From Bacteroidales bacterium (GTDB lineage Bacteria > Bacteroidota > Bacteroidia > Bacteroidales > S143-33): a stretch of DNA of 42,302 bases. Of this stretch, positions 28,491 to 38,810 are shown piece after piece. Under the pieces are notes generated by a model that was not told where the DNA came from, made no database searches, and saw only the letters and a program-made list of their open reading frames with translations. Numbering within the stretch: position 1 is the first letter of the stretch; every line of letters begins with the position of its first letter. Location of the stretch: the NCBI GenBank assembly GCA_027015275.1, contig JALWCU010000135.1:1-42302 (forward strand). Direction: 5' to 3'. The position numbers were made by a program, and so were the translations under genes.

Positions 28491-28542
28491 GGTAAAAAGC
28501 TATTTGATGTGTAATAATTACAGAACACAAAAGCCATTGTGC

Positions 28543-29481
28543 ATGGAGGACATTTACACAAAATACTTAAATCTTATTTTCAAGCGACTTACAGGACAGA
28601 TAACACCCGAGCAGGAGCAAGACCTGGAGTCATGGTTAAGTAAAAGCCCTGAAAATCAGAGAATATACCAGGAGCAAAAAGAAATTTATAAGCTCACGGG
28701 TAGTGTGGATAAAAGCATCTTTGACATAGATGTTAACGAGGAATGGGAGAGATTTCACAAAAAACTTGCTCGCCCCAAAGTCGTTGATTTTTATAGTATT
28801 CTCAGACCAGTAGTGGCTGCGGCTGCACTTGTGGCATTGTTCTTCACTTTCTGGTTTTTACTGGGACCTAAGAAAACATACAAGGCAGGGCAAGGTATCA
28901 AGCAAATCGAGCTGGCAGACAAGTCAGTGGTTAAGTTGCGCCCACAGAGTAAATTGATATTAGAGAGGGGCTTTAATAGGCAGACGCGGACTGTCAGACT
29001 TGAAGGAGAAGCATATTTTGTAGTTTTGCATGATAATCAGAGACCATTTAGAGTTAAGGTTAATGGATTTGTCGTCCAGGATGTAGGTACAGAGTTCTTT
29101 GTTTCTCAGAAGAAAGATCAGGTTATTGTCAGCAAGGGGCTGGTCAAGGTTCAGACCCGTAGAGACCAGAAATTTGTTAAGGCAGGACAGAGAGTCGTAA
29201 TTATAAAGAGTAAGATTTTAAAGACACAACTTGAAGATAAAAATCTTTTGGGCTGGGCTACTGGTGAATTTGACTTTGACAATGAGCCGTTGAATAGTGT
29301 ATTTGATATTTTAGAGCAAAATTATAATGTCAAATTTAATGTTCATAGCAAAGCAATTGATAGTCTTCGTATTACAGCAACTTTCAAAGATAAGAATCTG
29401 GAGTTTATACTGCGTGTCATTTCACATACAGAGAACATTCATATAACTCAAACAAAGCCCAAAGTTTATGATGTAAGATGA
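28543..29481 (+). CDS. FecR-family anti-sigma factor
   Basis: EQDLESWLSKSPENQR N-domain, single TM, LADKSVVKL..SKL, RTVRLEGEAYF, GTEF, W..GEFDFDNEPL. Start set at ATG 28543; the ORF-track start overlaps the sigma gene. Confidence 0.92.
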   Translation: MEDIYTKYLNLIFKRLTGQITPEQEQDLESWLSKSPENQRIYQEQKEIYKLTGSVDKSIFDIDVNEEWERFHKKLARPKVVDFYSILRPVVAAAALVALFFTFWFLLGPKKTYKAGQGIKQIELADKSVVKLRPQSKLILERGFNRQTRTVRLEGEAYFVVLHDNQRPFRVKVNGFVVQDVGTEFFVSQKKDQVIVSKGLVKVQTRRDQKFVKAGQRVVIIKSKILKTQLEDKNLLGWATGEFDFDNEPLNSVFDILEQNYNVKFNVHSKAIDSLRITATFKDKNLEFILRVISHTENIHITQTKPKVYDVR

Positions 29482-32069
29482 GACATTTGTCTTTGACTAT
29501 TGTGCTGATTATTATTGGTTTAAATGTTTTTGCACAGCTCAAGCCCACGGACAAAATAATAAGTGTAAGAGTTCACAACCAGCCTTTGAAGAATGTTTTT
29601 CAGCAGATTACAAGGCAGACAGGACTGGAGTTCTCTTACAATCCAGCTGTAGTAAATGACCAGCAGCGTATAACTTTTATTGTCAGTAACAAAAGGGCTA
29701 TAGATGTACTTTCTACGCTTGGTTCTGAGCTTGGGTTTTCCTATGAAATTATTGAAAACACGGTGATACTCAAGGCTAATGCCCATCCGACGATGGCTAA
29801 TACCGCAAAAAGAAAAGTTACTCTGACTGGCTTTGTCATGGACTCTGCTACTGGGAATGTTATTATTGGAGCTGCGGTTTATGTGGACAAGAGACTTGTG
29901 GCTTTGAGCAATGAGTATGGATTTTTTTCTTTTATCACAGGCTGTGGCGAGCATTTGCTCGAGGTTAGCTATGTGGGATATACTCATTTTTCTAAGCCGC
30001 TAAAGGTTACCCGGTCAGAGAAATTGAATATTAAACTTAGTGCTAACGCTCAAAGTATTGATTATGTTGTTGTTACGCCAGAAGATAACACTCGGCCCAT
30101 CAGACGGAATAGCTTAGATTTTTTCAGTCTTTCGAGCAGTATAATAAATCGTAATCCAGCCTTGGGTGGCACGTATGATGCATTGCGAAGTTTGCAGGCT
30201 GTGCCAGGTTTTAATTTTTATGGCGATGGGTCAATGATTTTTCATGTGCGGGGTGGCGATCGTAGTGAGAATCTTATTTTGATAGACGATGCGCCTTTGT
30301 TTAATCCAGTGCATTTACTTGGTTTTTTTTCCGCAGTTTCGCCCTGGGCTGTAGGAAATATCCATGTTTATAAGGCAGATTTGCCAGAGAAATACCCTGG
30401 TCGTGTGTCATCTGTAATTGATATTCGTATAAAGCAAGGAGATTTTTACAAAACTCATCTAAACGGAGAGGTTAGTCCAGTGCTTACGGCTTTGAGCATT
30501 GATGGACCTATTGTCAGGGGGAAGAGCTCTTTTATGCTATCTGCCAGAACGTCAAATATTAATTGGCTTTACGAAAAACGCCAGACATTCTTGAACCTGG
30601 GATTTGTGGATATGCACACCAAGTTTAATTTTCGTCCCAATAAGACGAACAATCTGTCTATGTCTATGTTTTTTAGTTATGACAGGGTTAGCCTTTCCCG
30701 TGATGTGTTGGCCTCGCGTGTGTGGTGGAGAAATATTGCAGGTACTTTTAGGTGGAATCATGTTTTTTCCTCGCGTCTTTTCCTCAGTACAACATTTTTT
30801 GTTGGTCAATATTCTTATTTTCTCAAGTTTGTGCCAGATACTGTTGATTTGTTTAATTCAGCAATAACATCAATGGGACTGAAGGAAGATTTCTCACTTA
30901 AGTTGTCAAATAATAACACTATTGATTTTGGCGGCGGCACAGAATATTATTATTTTAATCCAGCTAATATCAATGAATTAGCTTATATACCTACTCAGAA
31001 TGCAATGGATTATTATCTCTATGCGGGAGACCATTGGGTGCTGTGGAATAAGGTCAAATTGCATCTGGGTGTAGTGGTTAACAATTGGTATAATCTGGGA
31101 CCTACGATAGTCTTTGATTACTCTGATACACACCAGCTTCTGAGTACTGATACGATTGGGCTTAAGGTGTTTAATATATATACAGCAGTTGATCCCAGAA
31201 TGAGCATATCTTTTGCTTTGACGCCCAATTCAATAATAAAATTATCATTGGGTCGCTATACGCAATTTCTTAATCTGCTGTCCAATTCCATAAGTCCATT
31301 TACAACAATAGAAGCATGGTATCCTGCTAATAATAACATACTTCCACAGAAGGAGAAGCAAATCTCTTTGGGATATTTTCACAAAGGTATAGCTGATTTC
31401 TCAGTAGAAGCGTATGCCAAGAGAATAGATAATATTCCACATTTTGCTGATTTTGCAACCCTGCTTTTTAATCCATACATAGATGGCATGATACGCGAAG
31501 GATACAATGTTGCCTGGGGGCTGGAGTTTTCGTTAAGCAAAATTCGGGGAAATTTTAATTATACTGTTTCATATACTTATGGGCGTGTGTTTATGCGGAT
31601 ACCCGAAATTTTTGGTGATAAATGGCTCTACACTTCCTATGACAAGCCTCATAATCTTTTGCTAAATTTATCTTATACCAAAAATCGGATTACGCTTGGG
31701 GCAAATTGGACATATTCATCTGGCAACCGCTATTCTTCGCCTATTGGTTATTACAAAGTTTTAGACCATTATGTGCCTATTTTTCTGTATCCTAATAATG
31801 CACAATTGCCGCCTTACCATAGGTTAGACCTTTATTTTACCTGGCACATTAATAAAAATAAGCATAAAAGATTCAACCATTATTTGACCATTTCTTTATA
31901 CAATGCCTACGGCAGGCGCAATCCTGTGCTCGTCAATTTTAATAAAATCGAAGGTGGGAATGATTTCTTCTATGTTCCGGGTAATTTCATTTACCAATAT
32001 CAGTTGACGCCAGCATATTACTATTTCCTGCGTTATTTCCCGTCAGTGTCTTATAGATTCAAGTTTTAG
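29478..32069 (+). CDS. TonB-dependent outer-membrane transducer (STN + CarboxypepD_reg-like + plug + barrel)
   Basis: Signal peptide, STN (NQPLKNVFQQITRQTGLEFSYN), TGFVMDSATG..IGA..NEYGFFS..VSYVGY, plug VRGG..ENLILIDDAP, C-terminal YRFKF; ATGA overlap with FecR. Confidence 0.92.
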   Translation: MRHLSLTIVLIIIGLNVFAQLKPTDKIISVRVHNQPLKNVFQQITRQTGLEFSYNPAVVNDQQRITFIVSNKRAIDVLSTLGSELGFSYEIIENTVILKANAHPTMANTAKRKVTLTGFVMDSATGNVIIGAAVYVDKRLVALSNEYGFFSFITGCGEHLLEVSYVGYTHFSKPLKVTRSEKLNIKLSANAQSIDYVVVTPEDNTRPIRRNSLDFFSLSSSIINRNPALGGTYDALRSLQAVPGFNFYGDGSMIFHVRGGDRSENLILIDDAPLFNPVHLLGFFSAVSPWAVGNIHVYKADLPEKYPGRVSSVIDIRIKQGDFYKTHLNGEVSPVLTALSIDGPIVRGKSSFMLSARTSNINWLYEKRQTFLNLGFVDMHTKFNFRPNKTNNLSMSMFFSYDRVSLSRDVLASRVWWRNIAGTFRWNHVFSSRLFLSTTFFVGQYSYFLKFVPDTVDLFNSAITSMGLKEDFSLKLSNNNTIDFGGGTEYYYFNPANINELAYIPTQNAMDYYLYAGDHWVLWNKVKLHLGVVVNNWYNLGPTIVFDYSDTHQLLSTDTIGLKVFNIYTAVDPRMSISFALTPNSIIKLSLGRYTQFLNLLSNSISPFTTIEAWYPANNNILPQKEKQISLGYFHKGIADFSVEAYAKRIDNIPHFADFATLLFNPYIDGMIREGYNVAWGLEFSLSKIRGNFNYTVSYTYGRVFMRIPEIFGDKWLYTSYDKPHNLLLNLSYTKNRITLGANWTYSSGNRYSSPIGYYKVLDHYVPIFLYPNNAQLPPYHRLDLYFTWHINKNKHKRFNHYLTISLYNAYGRRNPVLVNFNKIEGGNDFFYVPGNFIYQYQLTPAYYYFLRYFPSVSYRFKF

Positions 32070-32076
32070 ATCAGGC

Positions 32077-32910
32077 ATGATGAAGCGAAAAATTTACATA
32101 TTTTACATATTGCTCTTTGCTTTGCTTAGTGTTCTTTTGGCTTGTCAAGCGCCATTTCCGTATAATCCGCAGCCAAGCAAGAAATTTGTGGTTGTCGAAG
32201 CATTGCTGACTAACGAGTTTAAGTATCAGCAAATAAGGCTAAGTTATTCTATTACAGAGACAAGTGATACGGTTGAGAGTGTAACAAGCGCTAATGTTGT
32301 GGTAGAGACGCAGGGAGAGCAATATTTTTTCCATGAGTCAGACTCAGTGCCAGGTCTGTACATTTCTACAGACAAGTTTGCTGCTACTATTGATCGTGAT
32401 TACCGCCTGGATATTGTGGTCAATGGCAAAGTATATACGGCTTTTACTGGCGAAGAACCTGTGGGCTTGCTGGATAGCATCAGATATGAGTATAACCAGG
32501 ATACAGGGCTTTATCGTATTTCTTATGTAGCGCCAGTTTTTGACCCTTATTCTGCTGCGATGTATGAGCTTTATTTAGATTGGTCTAAAGTGCCTGGTTA
32601 CAGCAGCTTACCTTATGATAGCACACATGCCAAAATGTATTTCTTTACTCTCAGGACAATGGATGTTAATGAACTTTTCCAGCCATATCAGCAGCAGGTA
32701 TATTTTCCCCGTGGCACTGAGATTGTCGAACGTAAGTATTCACTTACGCCGTTTTTCGAATCTTACATACGGGCATTGCTGCTGGAGACGCATTGGTCAG
32801 GTTCGCTGTTTGATGTTGAGCATTGGAATTTGCCTACTAATCTGAGCGGAGGTGCTTTGGGGTTTTTTACAGCCTGTTCTGTTATTGAGCGTAAGTATAT
32901 TGTGCAGTAA
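32077..32910 (+). CDS. DUF4249-family lipoprotein
   Basis: Lipobox VLLA-C; FVVVEALLTN, PGLY, YRLDIVVNGKVY, LPTNLSGGALGFF. Confidence 0.8.
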   Translation: MMKRKIYIFYILLFALLSVLLACQAPFPYNPQPSKKFVVVEALLTNEFKYQQIRLSYSITETSDTVESVTSANVVVETQGEQYFFHESDSVPGLYISTDKFAATIDRDYRLDIVVNGKVYTAFTGEEPVGLLDSIRYEYNQDTGLYRISYVAPVFDPYSAAMYELYLDWSKVPGYSSLPYDSTHAKMYFFTLRTMDVNELFQPYQQQVYFPRGTEIVERKYSLTPFFESYIRALLLETHWSGSLFDVEHWNLPTNLSGGALGFFTACSVIERKYIVQ

Positions 32911-32971
32911 AGTTTTGTGCCTTTGGTTTAAGCTTATGAATTTTTATAACAATTGCCAAAGCATTATGCAA

Positions 32972-33005
32972 AATGCCACGCTGATCTATGTATCAGCGTG
33001 GCATT
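32972..33005. terminator. Hairpin between the convergent DUF4249 and arcC genes (probable terminator or 3' stem)
   Basis: Perfect 14-bp IR AATGCCACGCTGAT-CTATGT-ATCAGCGTGGCATT; only short U-tracts. Confidence 0.65.
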
Positions 33006-33069
33006 GTAGTAATTTGTCTAAACACGCAACAGATTAGTACATAGTAAATTACCTGCAAATTTTGTTAAA

Positions 33070-34014
33070 TTATTCTGGTAAAATAGTTGTGCCATAGCCG
33101 TTGTCATTGAGCTTGGAGCTCTCGGTGATAATGGCTTTGGGTCCACCATGTTTGATAAAGTTAAGGCATGCTTCTATCTTAGGTGCCATGTTACCTTCGC
33201 CAAATACGCCTTGCTTAAGATATTCTTCTGCCTCAGGTACAGTAAGTTCTTTGAGAGCTTTCTGGTCAGGTTTGTTGAAATTAATGTAAACGAAAGGCAC
33301 ATCTGTCAGAATATAGAACTCATCAGCTTTTAATTCTGTAGCGAGCACAGAAGATGCGCGGTCTTTGTCTATAACAGCTTCTATACCACGTAAGTATCCG
33401 TATTCGTCGCGGTAAACTGGTACGCCACCGCCGCCTACTGCTATAACGATGTTTCCAGCTTCCAGAAGTTTGTCTATAACTTGGTAGTTTACTGTTCTCA
33501 GAGGCCAAGGCGAAGGCACTACGCGGCGCCAGCCACCTTGTACCTTGGGGCTTGGCTTGAATATCCAGCCTTTTTCTTTGGACAGACGATCGGCTTCTTC
33601 CTTAGTATAAATTTTGCCAACTCTCTTGGTAGGATTCTGGAAAGCGCTGTCTTTGGGGTCAACTTCCACCTGAGTAACCAGAGTTACCACGTTTTTGTTA
33701 ATGCCGTGTTCTCTGAGAATGTTGACCATTACTTGCTCGAGCATATAACCTATTCCACCTTGGGAGTCGGCTACACATATATCTAATGGCATCTGTGGAA
33801 TTTTGTATTTTTCTTCGCCTGCGTCGTTGCGCATCAGGATGTTTCCCACTTGTGGACCATTGCCATGTGTGATAACTATTTCGTAACCTTGCTCAAGGAG
33901 TTTGATGACGTTTTTGAGTGTGTCTGTCGAATTTTGTATCTGTTCCTGTATAGTTCCCTTCTGGTCGCCTCTAATCAAGGCATTTCCGCCTAATGCTACT
34001 ATTGCTTTCTTCAT
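33070..34014 (-). CDS. arcC: Carbamate kinase
   Basis: ALGGNAL, THGNGPQVG, SQGGIGY, NPTKRVG, RRVVPSP, GGGGVPV, EAVIDKD, GNMAPKIEA. Start set at ATG 34014. Confidence 0.95.
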   Translation of the reverse strand: MKKAIVALGGNALIRGDQKGTIQEQIQNSTDTLKNVIKLLEQGYEIVITHGNGPQVGNILMRNDAGEEKYKIPQMPLDICVADSQGGIGYMLEQVMVNILREHGINKNVVTLVTQVEVDPKDSAFQNPTKRVGKIYTKEEADRLSKEKGWIFKPSPKVQGGWRRVVPSPWPLRTVNYQVIDKLLEAGNIVIAVGGGGVPVYRDEYGYLRGIEAVIDKDRASSVLATELKADEFYILTDVPFVYINFNKPDQKALKELTVPEAEEYLKQGVFGEGNMAPKIEACLNFIKHGGPKAIITESSKLNDNGYGTTILPE

Positions 34015-34188
34015 AACTGACAAGTTTTCTTGGTTTAAAAAAAAGAGGCTTCTAAGATAGAGAAATTTTTGTAACAAAAAAATAATTTAGAATGTTTATG
34101 TTGTTGGTTAATGTGCTTGTAATTAGGCTATTGTGTTTTCTATAGTCGTTGTTTATTGATTTTTAGAGCCACAATTCCTAGTGGAATG

Positions 34189-35655
34189 TTATTTCTTTTT
34201 TATGGGAGGATTATCCTTGTATCTGAAATCAACGGGGCTAAGCCCATGTTCTTTGGCTATTTTTGTCATGTAATCAAAAGCCTGTGAATAGTCATTGGGG
34301 ATAATACCGTCGAGAATGGCATCCTTTATAGCGTCTTTTATTTGCCCGATGAGGGGTGAGGGTGGCAGGTTGAATGTTGTCATTATTATATGGCCGTCTA
34401 TAGGTGGTTTCCAATTTCGTAATGCGTCTTTTTCTTCTACTTCTTTGATTTTTTCACGCAGCCAGTTGAAGTTCCTCAGTATTCTTTCGCGTTTTTCGTC
34501 GTATTTGGTTGTGATGTCGGATTCGACGAGTTTCATCAGGTCGTCCAGGTCTTCGCCTGCGTCCACTATAAGACGACGGATACCAGAGTCTGTAACTTGT
34601 TCGCCTATCAGATGCATGGGGCGGTGATGAAGCAAGATGAGTTTTTGTACGTATTTCATTTTTTGGTCCAGTGGCAGCTTTAGTTTGCGGAAAATATCAG
34701 GTATCATTTTAGCGCCTATGACCTCGTGCCCGTGGAAAGTCCAAGTGCCATTGTCAAATCTTTTCGTTTTTGGTTTGCCAATGTCGTGTAGCAGTGCTGC
34801 CCAACGTAGCCATAGTTTGTCAGTTTTCTGTGCTATATTATCCAACACTTTTATAGAGTGGAAAAAATTATCCTTGTGTCCTATACCATTCTTGTAATCA
34901 ACGCCATGGAGGGCATAAAGCTCTGGGAAAATTATTTCGAGTAGCCCAGTATCAAACAAAAGTTTCAGGCCCTTGGATGGTTTGTGAGCCTTCATTATTT
35001 TATTGAATTCTTCTGTTATTCGCTCTTGTGAAACGATTTTTATTCTGTCTTTGTTCTTTTTTATTGCTTCGAAAGATTCTGTATATATGTCAAAGTCCAG
35101 TACAGTGGCAAATCTTATTGCACGCATCATTCGCAGAGGGTCATCACTAAAAGTAATATCAGGGTCAAGTGGAGTGCGTATTATTTTGTTTTGCAAGTCT
35201 TCCAGCCCATCGAAAGGGTCTATTAATTTACCGAACGAATTGGGATTAAGACTAATAGCCATTGCATTGATAGTAAAATCACGGCGGCGGAGATCATCGT
35301 CGAGTGTACCGTTTTCGACAATAGGTTTTCGAGAGTCGCGTCGATAAGATTCTTTCCTCGCGCCGACAAATTCTATTTCCATGTTATTATATTTAAACAT
35401 GGCTGTCCCGAAATTACGGAATGTAAAAACATTCTTGATACCTAAGATGTTAGCAGCCTTTTTTGCGATTTTAATCCCACTACCAACTACCACAATGTCA
35501 ATATCTTCTGAGCTGCGTTTTAGGATTTGGTCTCTTACCCATCCGCCAATGACATAGATTTCGAGATTTTCTTTTTCTGCAAGCTCTGCTATTACTTTGA
35601 AAATACGGTGGTTAAGGTCAAATGTATGTGTGTTAATATTAAATTTTATATCCAT
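34189..35655 (-). CDS. cca: CCA-adding/poly(A) polymerase-family tRNA nucleotidyltransferase with HD domain
   Basis: GGWVRD..DIDIVV, RKESY, DLRRRDFTINA, DDPLRMMRAIRF, LLHDIGKP. Start ATG 35655 (or GTG 35661). Confidence 0.9.
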   Translation of the reverse strand: MDIKFNINTHTFDLNHRIFKVIAELAEKENLEIYVIGGWVRDQILKRSSEDIDIVVVGSGIKIAKKAANILGIKNVFTFRNFGTAMFKYNNMEIEFVGARKESYRRDSRKPIVENGTLDDDLRRRDFTINAMAISLNPNSFGKLIDPFDGLEDLQNKIIRTPLDPDITFSDDPLRMMRAIRFATVLDFDIYTESFEAIKKNKDRIKIVSQERITEEFNKIMKAHKPSKGLKLLFDTGLLEIIFPELYALHGVDYKNGIGHKDNFFHSIKVLDNIAQKTDKLWLRWAALLHDIGKPKTKRFDNGTWTFHGHEVIGAKMIPDIFRKLKLPLDQKMKYVQKLILLHHRPMHLIGEQVTDSGIRRLIVDAGEDLDDLMKLVESDITTKYDEKRERILRNFNWLREKIKEVEEKDALRNWKPPIDGHIIMTTFNLPPSPLIGQIKDAIKDAILDGIIPNDYSQAFDYMTKIAKEHGLSPVDFRYKDNPPIKKK

Positions 35656-35723
35656 ATACACTCCTACTGTAAAATGAACTTTACAAATATGAAAAAAAAT
35701 AATATCTTAGTCCAAATGACCTG

Positions 35724-35731
35724 CAAAGATA
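35724..35731 (-). promoter_or_regulatory. Bacteroidota -7 element for cca
   Basis: TATCTTTG(CA) on the - strand. Confidence 0.5.
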
Positions 35732-35801
35732 AAGTTTTGATGTAAAAAATTAGTAAAAAGACACTTAAAAAAAGTTTTTTTCTTTTAGAAAAATTTTGCT
35801 G

Positions 35802-35809
35802 TAGATTTG
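35802..35809 (+). promoter_or_regulatory. Bacteroidota -7 element for parE
   Basis: TAGATTTG(CA), about 35 nt upstream of ATG 35845. Confidence 0.65.
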
Positions 35810-35844
35810 CACAAAATATAAAATTGGTAAAATCGGCACTAAAC

Positions 35845-37692
35845 ATGGTTGTTGAGCAGTACACAGAAGATACGATACAGACGCTGGAGTGGAAGGAGCA
35901 TATTCGCAAGAGACCAGGCATGTACATTGGAAAGCTGGGAGATGGTTCATCGGCTGATGATGGTATTTATGTGCTAATCAAGGAGGTTATAGACAATTCG
36001 GTAGATGAATATATGATGGGCTATGGCAAGAAGATCGAAATAGATATTAGCGAAGACGGCAAGGTAAGAGTGCGAGACTATGGCCGTGGTGTGCCTTTGG
36101 GAAAAGTGCTGGATGTTGCATCGAGGATGAATACTGGCGCCAAGTATGATTCACGTGTTTTTAAAAAATCAGTAGGATTAAATGGCGTTGGTATAAAGGC
36201 AGTTAATGCTTTGTCGCAGATGTTTATCATACGTTCTTTCCGCGAGGGACAGATGAAGGAAGTTGTTTTTGAGCGAGGAAATATTGTGGAAGACAAGCCA
36301 TTAACCCCTAGCCAAGAAAAGAACGGGACAGAAGTTATTTTCAGACCTGATGAACAGTTGTTTCCAGGATATAAGTATCGCCTGAGCATTGTGGAAAATA
36401 TGATAAAGAATTATACTTATCTCAACACAGGTCTAAAATTTTATCTTAATGGACAAGAATTTGTTTCGGACAACGGTTTGCTTGATCTGCTCAACGAGAA
36501 GATTAATACAGAGATTCTCTATCCAATTATTCATCTAAAGGGCGAGGACATAGAAGTAGCGCTGACGCATGGACGCCAATATGGCGAGGAATATTACAGC
36601 TTTGTTAATGGTCAGTACACTCCCCAAGGAGGCACGCATCTGCTGGCGTTCAAAGAGGCTATTGTAAAGACTATACGTGATTTTTACAAAAAGAATTTTC
36701 ATTTTTCGGATATACGTACATCCATAATAGCTGCGATAAGCATAAAGATAGAGGACCCGGTCTTTGAGTCACAGACCAAGACCAAGCTGGGCTCGAAAGA
36801 CATGTGGCCTGGTGGTCCATCGGTTCGTCAATTTATAATGGACTTTATGAAGACCGAGCTGGATAATTACCTTCACAAAAACGAGCAGGTAGTTCAAGCT
36901 TTGCTCAAGAAAATACAAGAGTCGGAGAAAGAACGCAAAGCGATACAGAACATTCAGAAAATAAGCAGATTAAAGTCCAGAAAAGTCAGTCTTCATAATA
37001 AGAAACTAAGGGATTGTGACATTCATTACAATACAAATCATTCGAGGCGCGATGAGTCCACGATTTTCATAACAGAGGGGGATTCGGCAAGCGGCAGTAT
37101 CACAAAGGCAAGGGATGTAGCCACTCAGGCTGTTTTTAGCCTTCGTGGTAAACCGCTTAATACTTATGGGCTGACCAAGAAGGTGATTTACGAAAACGAT
37201 GAATTTAATCTCTTACAAGCAGCATTGAACATAGAGGAAGGCGTCGAAAATTTGCGGTACAACAAGATAGTGATTGCCACTGATGCAGATGTTGACGGCA
37301 TGCACATTCGGCTTTTGCTCATAACGTTTTTCTTGCAGTTTTTTCCAGAGCTAATAAAGAATGGCCATTTGTTTGTTTTGCAGACGCCTTTGTTCCGTGT
37401 GCGTAACAAGCAGAAAACGATTTATTGTTATTCGGAGGATGAAAAGCAAAAGGCAATTCAGAAGCTCGGGGGGAATGTTGAGATTACAAGGTTTAAGGGT
37501 CTGGGAGAGATTTCACCTGGTGAGTTTAAGGAGTTTATTGGCAAGAATATGCGACTGGAGCCAGTTGTATTGACCAAGGAAGATTCGATCAATGAGTTGT
37601 TGTCTTTTTATATGGGTAAGAATACGCCTAAGCGCCAGGAATTTATAATAGAAAATCTAAGAATAGATGAGGAATATAAGGCAGATATATAA
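35845..37692 (+). CDS. parE: DNA topoisomerase IV subunit B (Bacteroidota type)
   Basis: [67 protein letters not shown]; short GyrB paralogue. Start ATG 35845. Confidence 0.92.
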   Translation: MVVEQYTEDTIQTLEWKEHIRKRPGMYIGKLGDGSSADDGIYVLIKEVIDNSVDEYMMGYGKKIEIDISEDGKVRVRDYGRGVPLGKVLDVASRMNTGAKYDSRVFKKSVGLNGVGIKAVNALSQMFIIRSFREGQMKEVVFERGNIVEDKPLTPSQEKNGTEVIFRPDEQLFPGYKYRLSIVENMIKNYTYLNTGLKFYLNGQEFVSDNGLLDLLNEKINTEILYPIIHLKGEDIEVALTHGRQYGEEYYSFVNGQYTPQGGTHLLAFKEAIVKTIRDFYKKNFHFSDIRTSIIAAISIKIEDPVFESQTKTKLGSKDMWPGGPSVRQFIMDFMKTELDNYLHKNEQVVQALLKKIQESEKERKAIQNIQKISRLKSRKVSLHNKKLRDCDIHYNTNHSRRDESTIFITEGDSASGSITKARDVATQAVFSLRGKPLNTYGLTKKVIYENDEFNLLQAALNIEEGVENLRYNKIVIATDADVDGMHIRLLLITFFLQFFPELIKNGHLFVLQTPLFRVRNKQKTIYCYSEDEKQKAIQKLGGNVEITRFKGLGEISPGEFKEFIGKNMRLEPVVLTKEDSINELLSFYMGKNTPKRQEFIIENLRIDEEYKADI

Positions 37693-37808
37693 AAATTTTA
37701 GTGGTTTGATTTTTGTTTTTAAAAATTTGTTTTTTCTGAAGCAATAAAATATTTAACTTCAAAAGGTCGTTTTTGATATTGAATTGAATTTAATAAATAT
37801 TTAATTCT

Positions 37809-38810
37809 GTGCGTACGAAGATAATTTTGTTCATATTTGTAATAAGTATTTTGCCATTAGGTCTGAAAGCTCAGTATGCTCATTTTTCGCAGTTTTATGC
37901 TGCACCATTAGTTTTGGCTCCTTCTTTTGCAGGTTCAGCTGATGGTGCCAGAGGTACGATAAATTACCGTGATCAATGGACTGGCATAAAGAAGGGCATT
38001 TTTGTAACAGAGGCTTTTGCTTTTGATATTACTGCTAGGAAGATAAATAGTGGCTTCGGATTATTAGTAGTTCGGGACAAGGCAGGTACTGGTAATTTGG
38101 GGCGCTTGGATGTTGGTGCTATATATTCATGGAATGCCCAGTTGACCAAGTCAGGTTTATTTTTTCGTCCGGGAATAGAGCTAAAGTTTGCACAACGTGG
38201 GGTTGATATAGAGAAATTGATTTTTCCTGATCAATTGTCTTTTGATGGGATATCAGGTCAAACGAGTCAGCAGGGGCCTGTTGATAGAACAAAATTTTTC
38301 TTGGATGCTGCGTCTTCGGCACTGTTTTATTCTGAGAAATTCTGGATAGGTTTGACTGTTGATCATCTATTCCGTCCTAATGATGCTTTTTATGATAGGA
38401 GTTATCGAGTGCCATTGAAATACACGTTTTTCGGTGGATATAAGTTTGGTACATATTCTCGTCGTCGTAGAGTAGGGGATAAGTACATGGTTTCATATCA
38501 GCTGCGTTATCAAGGTGGCAGTTATCAGTTGGATTTGGGTGGTTATTGGGAACATGAGCCGATATTAGTAGGGCTGTGGCTCAGAGGATTGCCATATTTA
38601 AATGCCTTTGGCACATTGAATATGGATGCAATGGTCTTCATGGTTGGTTATCATATTTTTGGGATTAGTATAGGCTATAGCTATGACCTTACGGTAAGTC
38701 CGATACTGATGCGAGCAGGAGGTTCGCACGAAATTTCTTTGAGTTATACTTTGGCAACACAAATGAGGCGTCATCGCCGCAAAGGTGCTATCCCTTGTCC
38801 TAAAATGTGA
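37809..38810 (+). CDS. PorP/SprF-family type IX secretion system membrane protein
   Basis: AQYAHFSQFYAAPLVLAPSFAG, NYRDQW, DHLFRPN, IGYSYD, GGSHEISLSY; GTG start. Confidence 0.9.
   Translation: MRTKIILFIFVISILPLGLKAQYAHFSQFYAAPLVLAPSFAGSADGARGTINYRDQWTGIKKGIFVTEAFAFDITARKINSGFGLLVVRDKAGTGNLGRLDVGAIYSWNAQLTKSGLFFRPGIELKFAQRGVDIEKLIFPDQLSFDGISGQTSQQGPVDRTKFFLDAASSALFYSEKFWIGLTVDHLFRPNDAFYDRSYRVPLKYTFFGGYKFGTYSRRRRVGDKYMVSYQLRYQGGSYQLDLGGYWEHEPILVGLWLRGLPYLNAFGTLNMDAMVFMVGYHIFGISIGYSYDLTVSPILMRAGGSHEISLSYTLATQMRRHRRKGAIPCPKM

Noticed and set aside
32852..33037. 61-aa + strand ORF spanning the DUF4249 end and hairpin
   Set aside because: Starts within DUF4249, runs through the terminator-like stem and has no recognisable features
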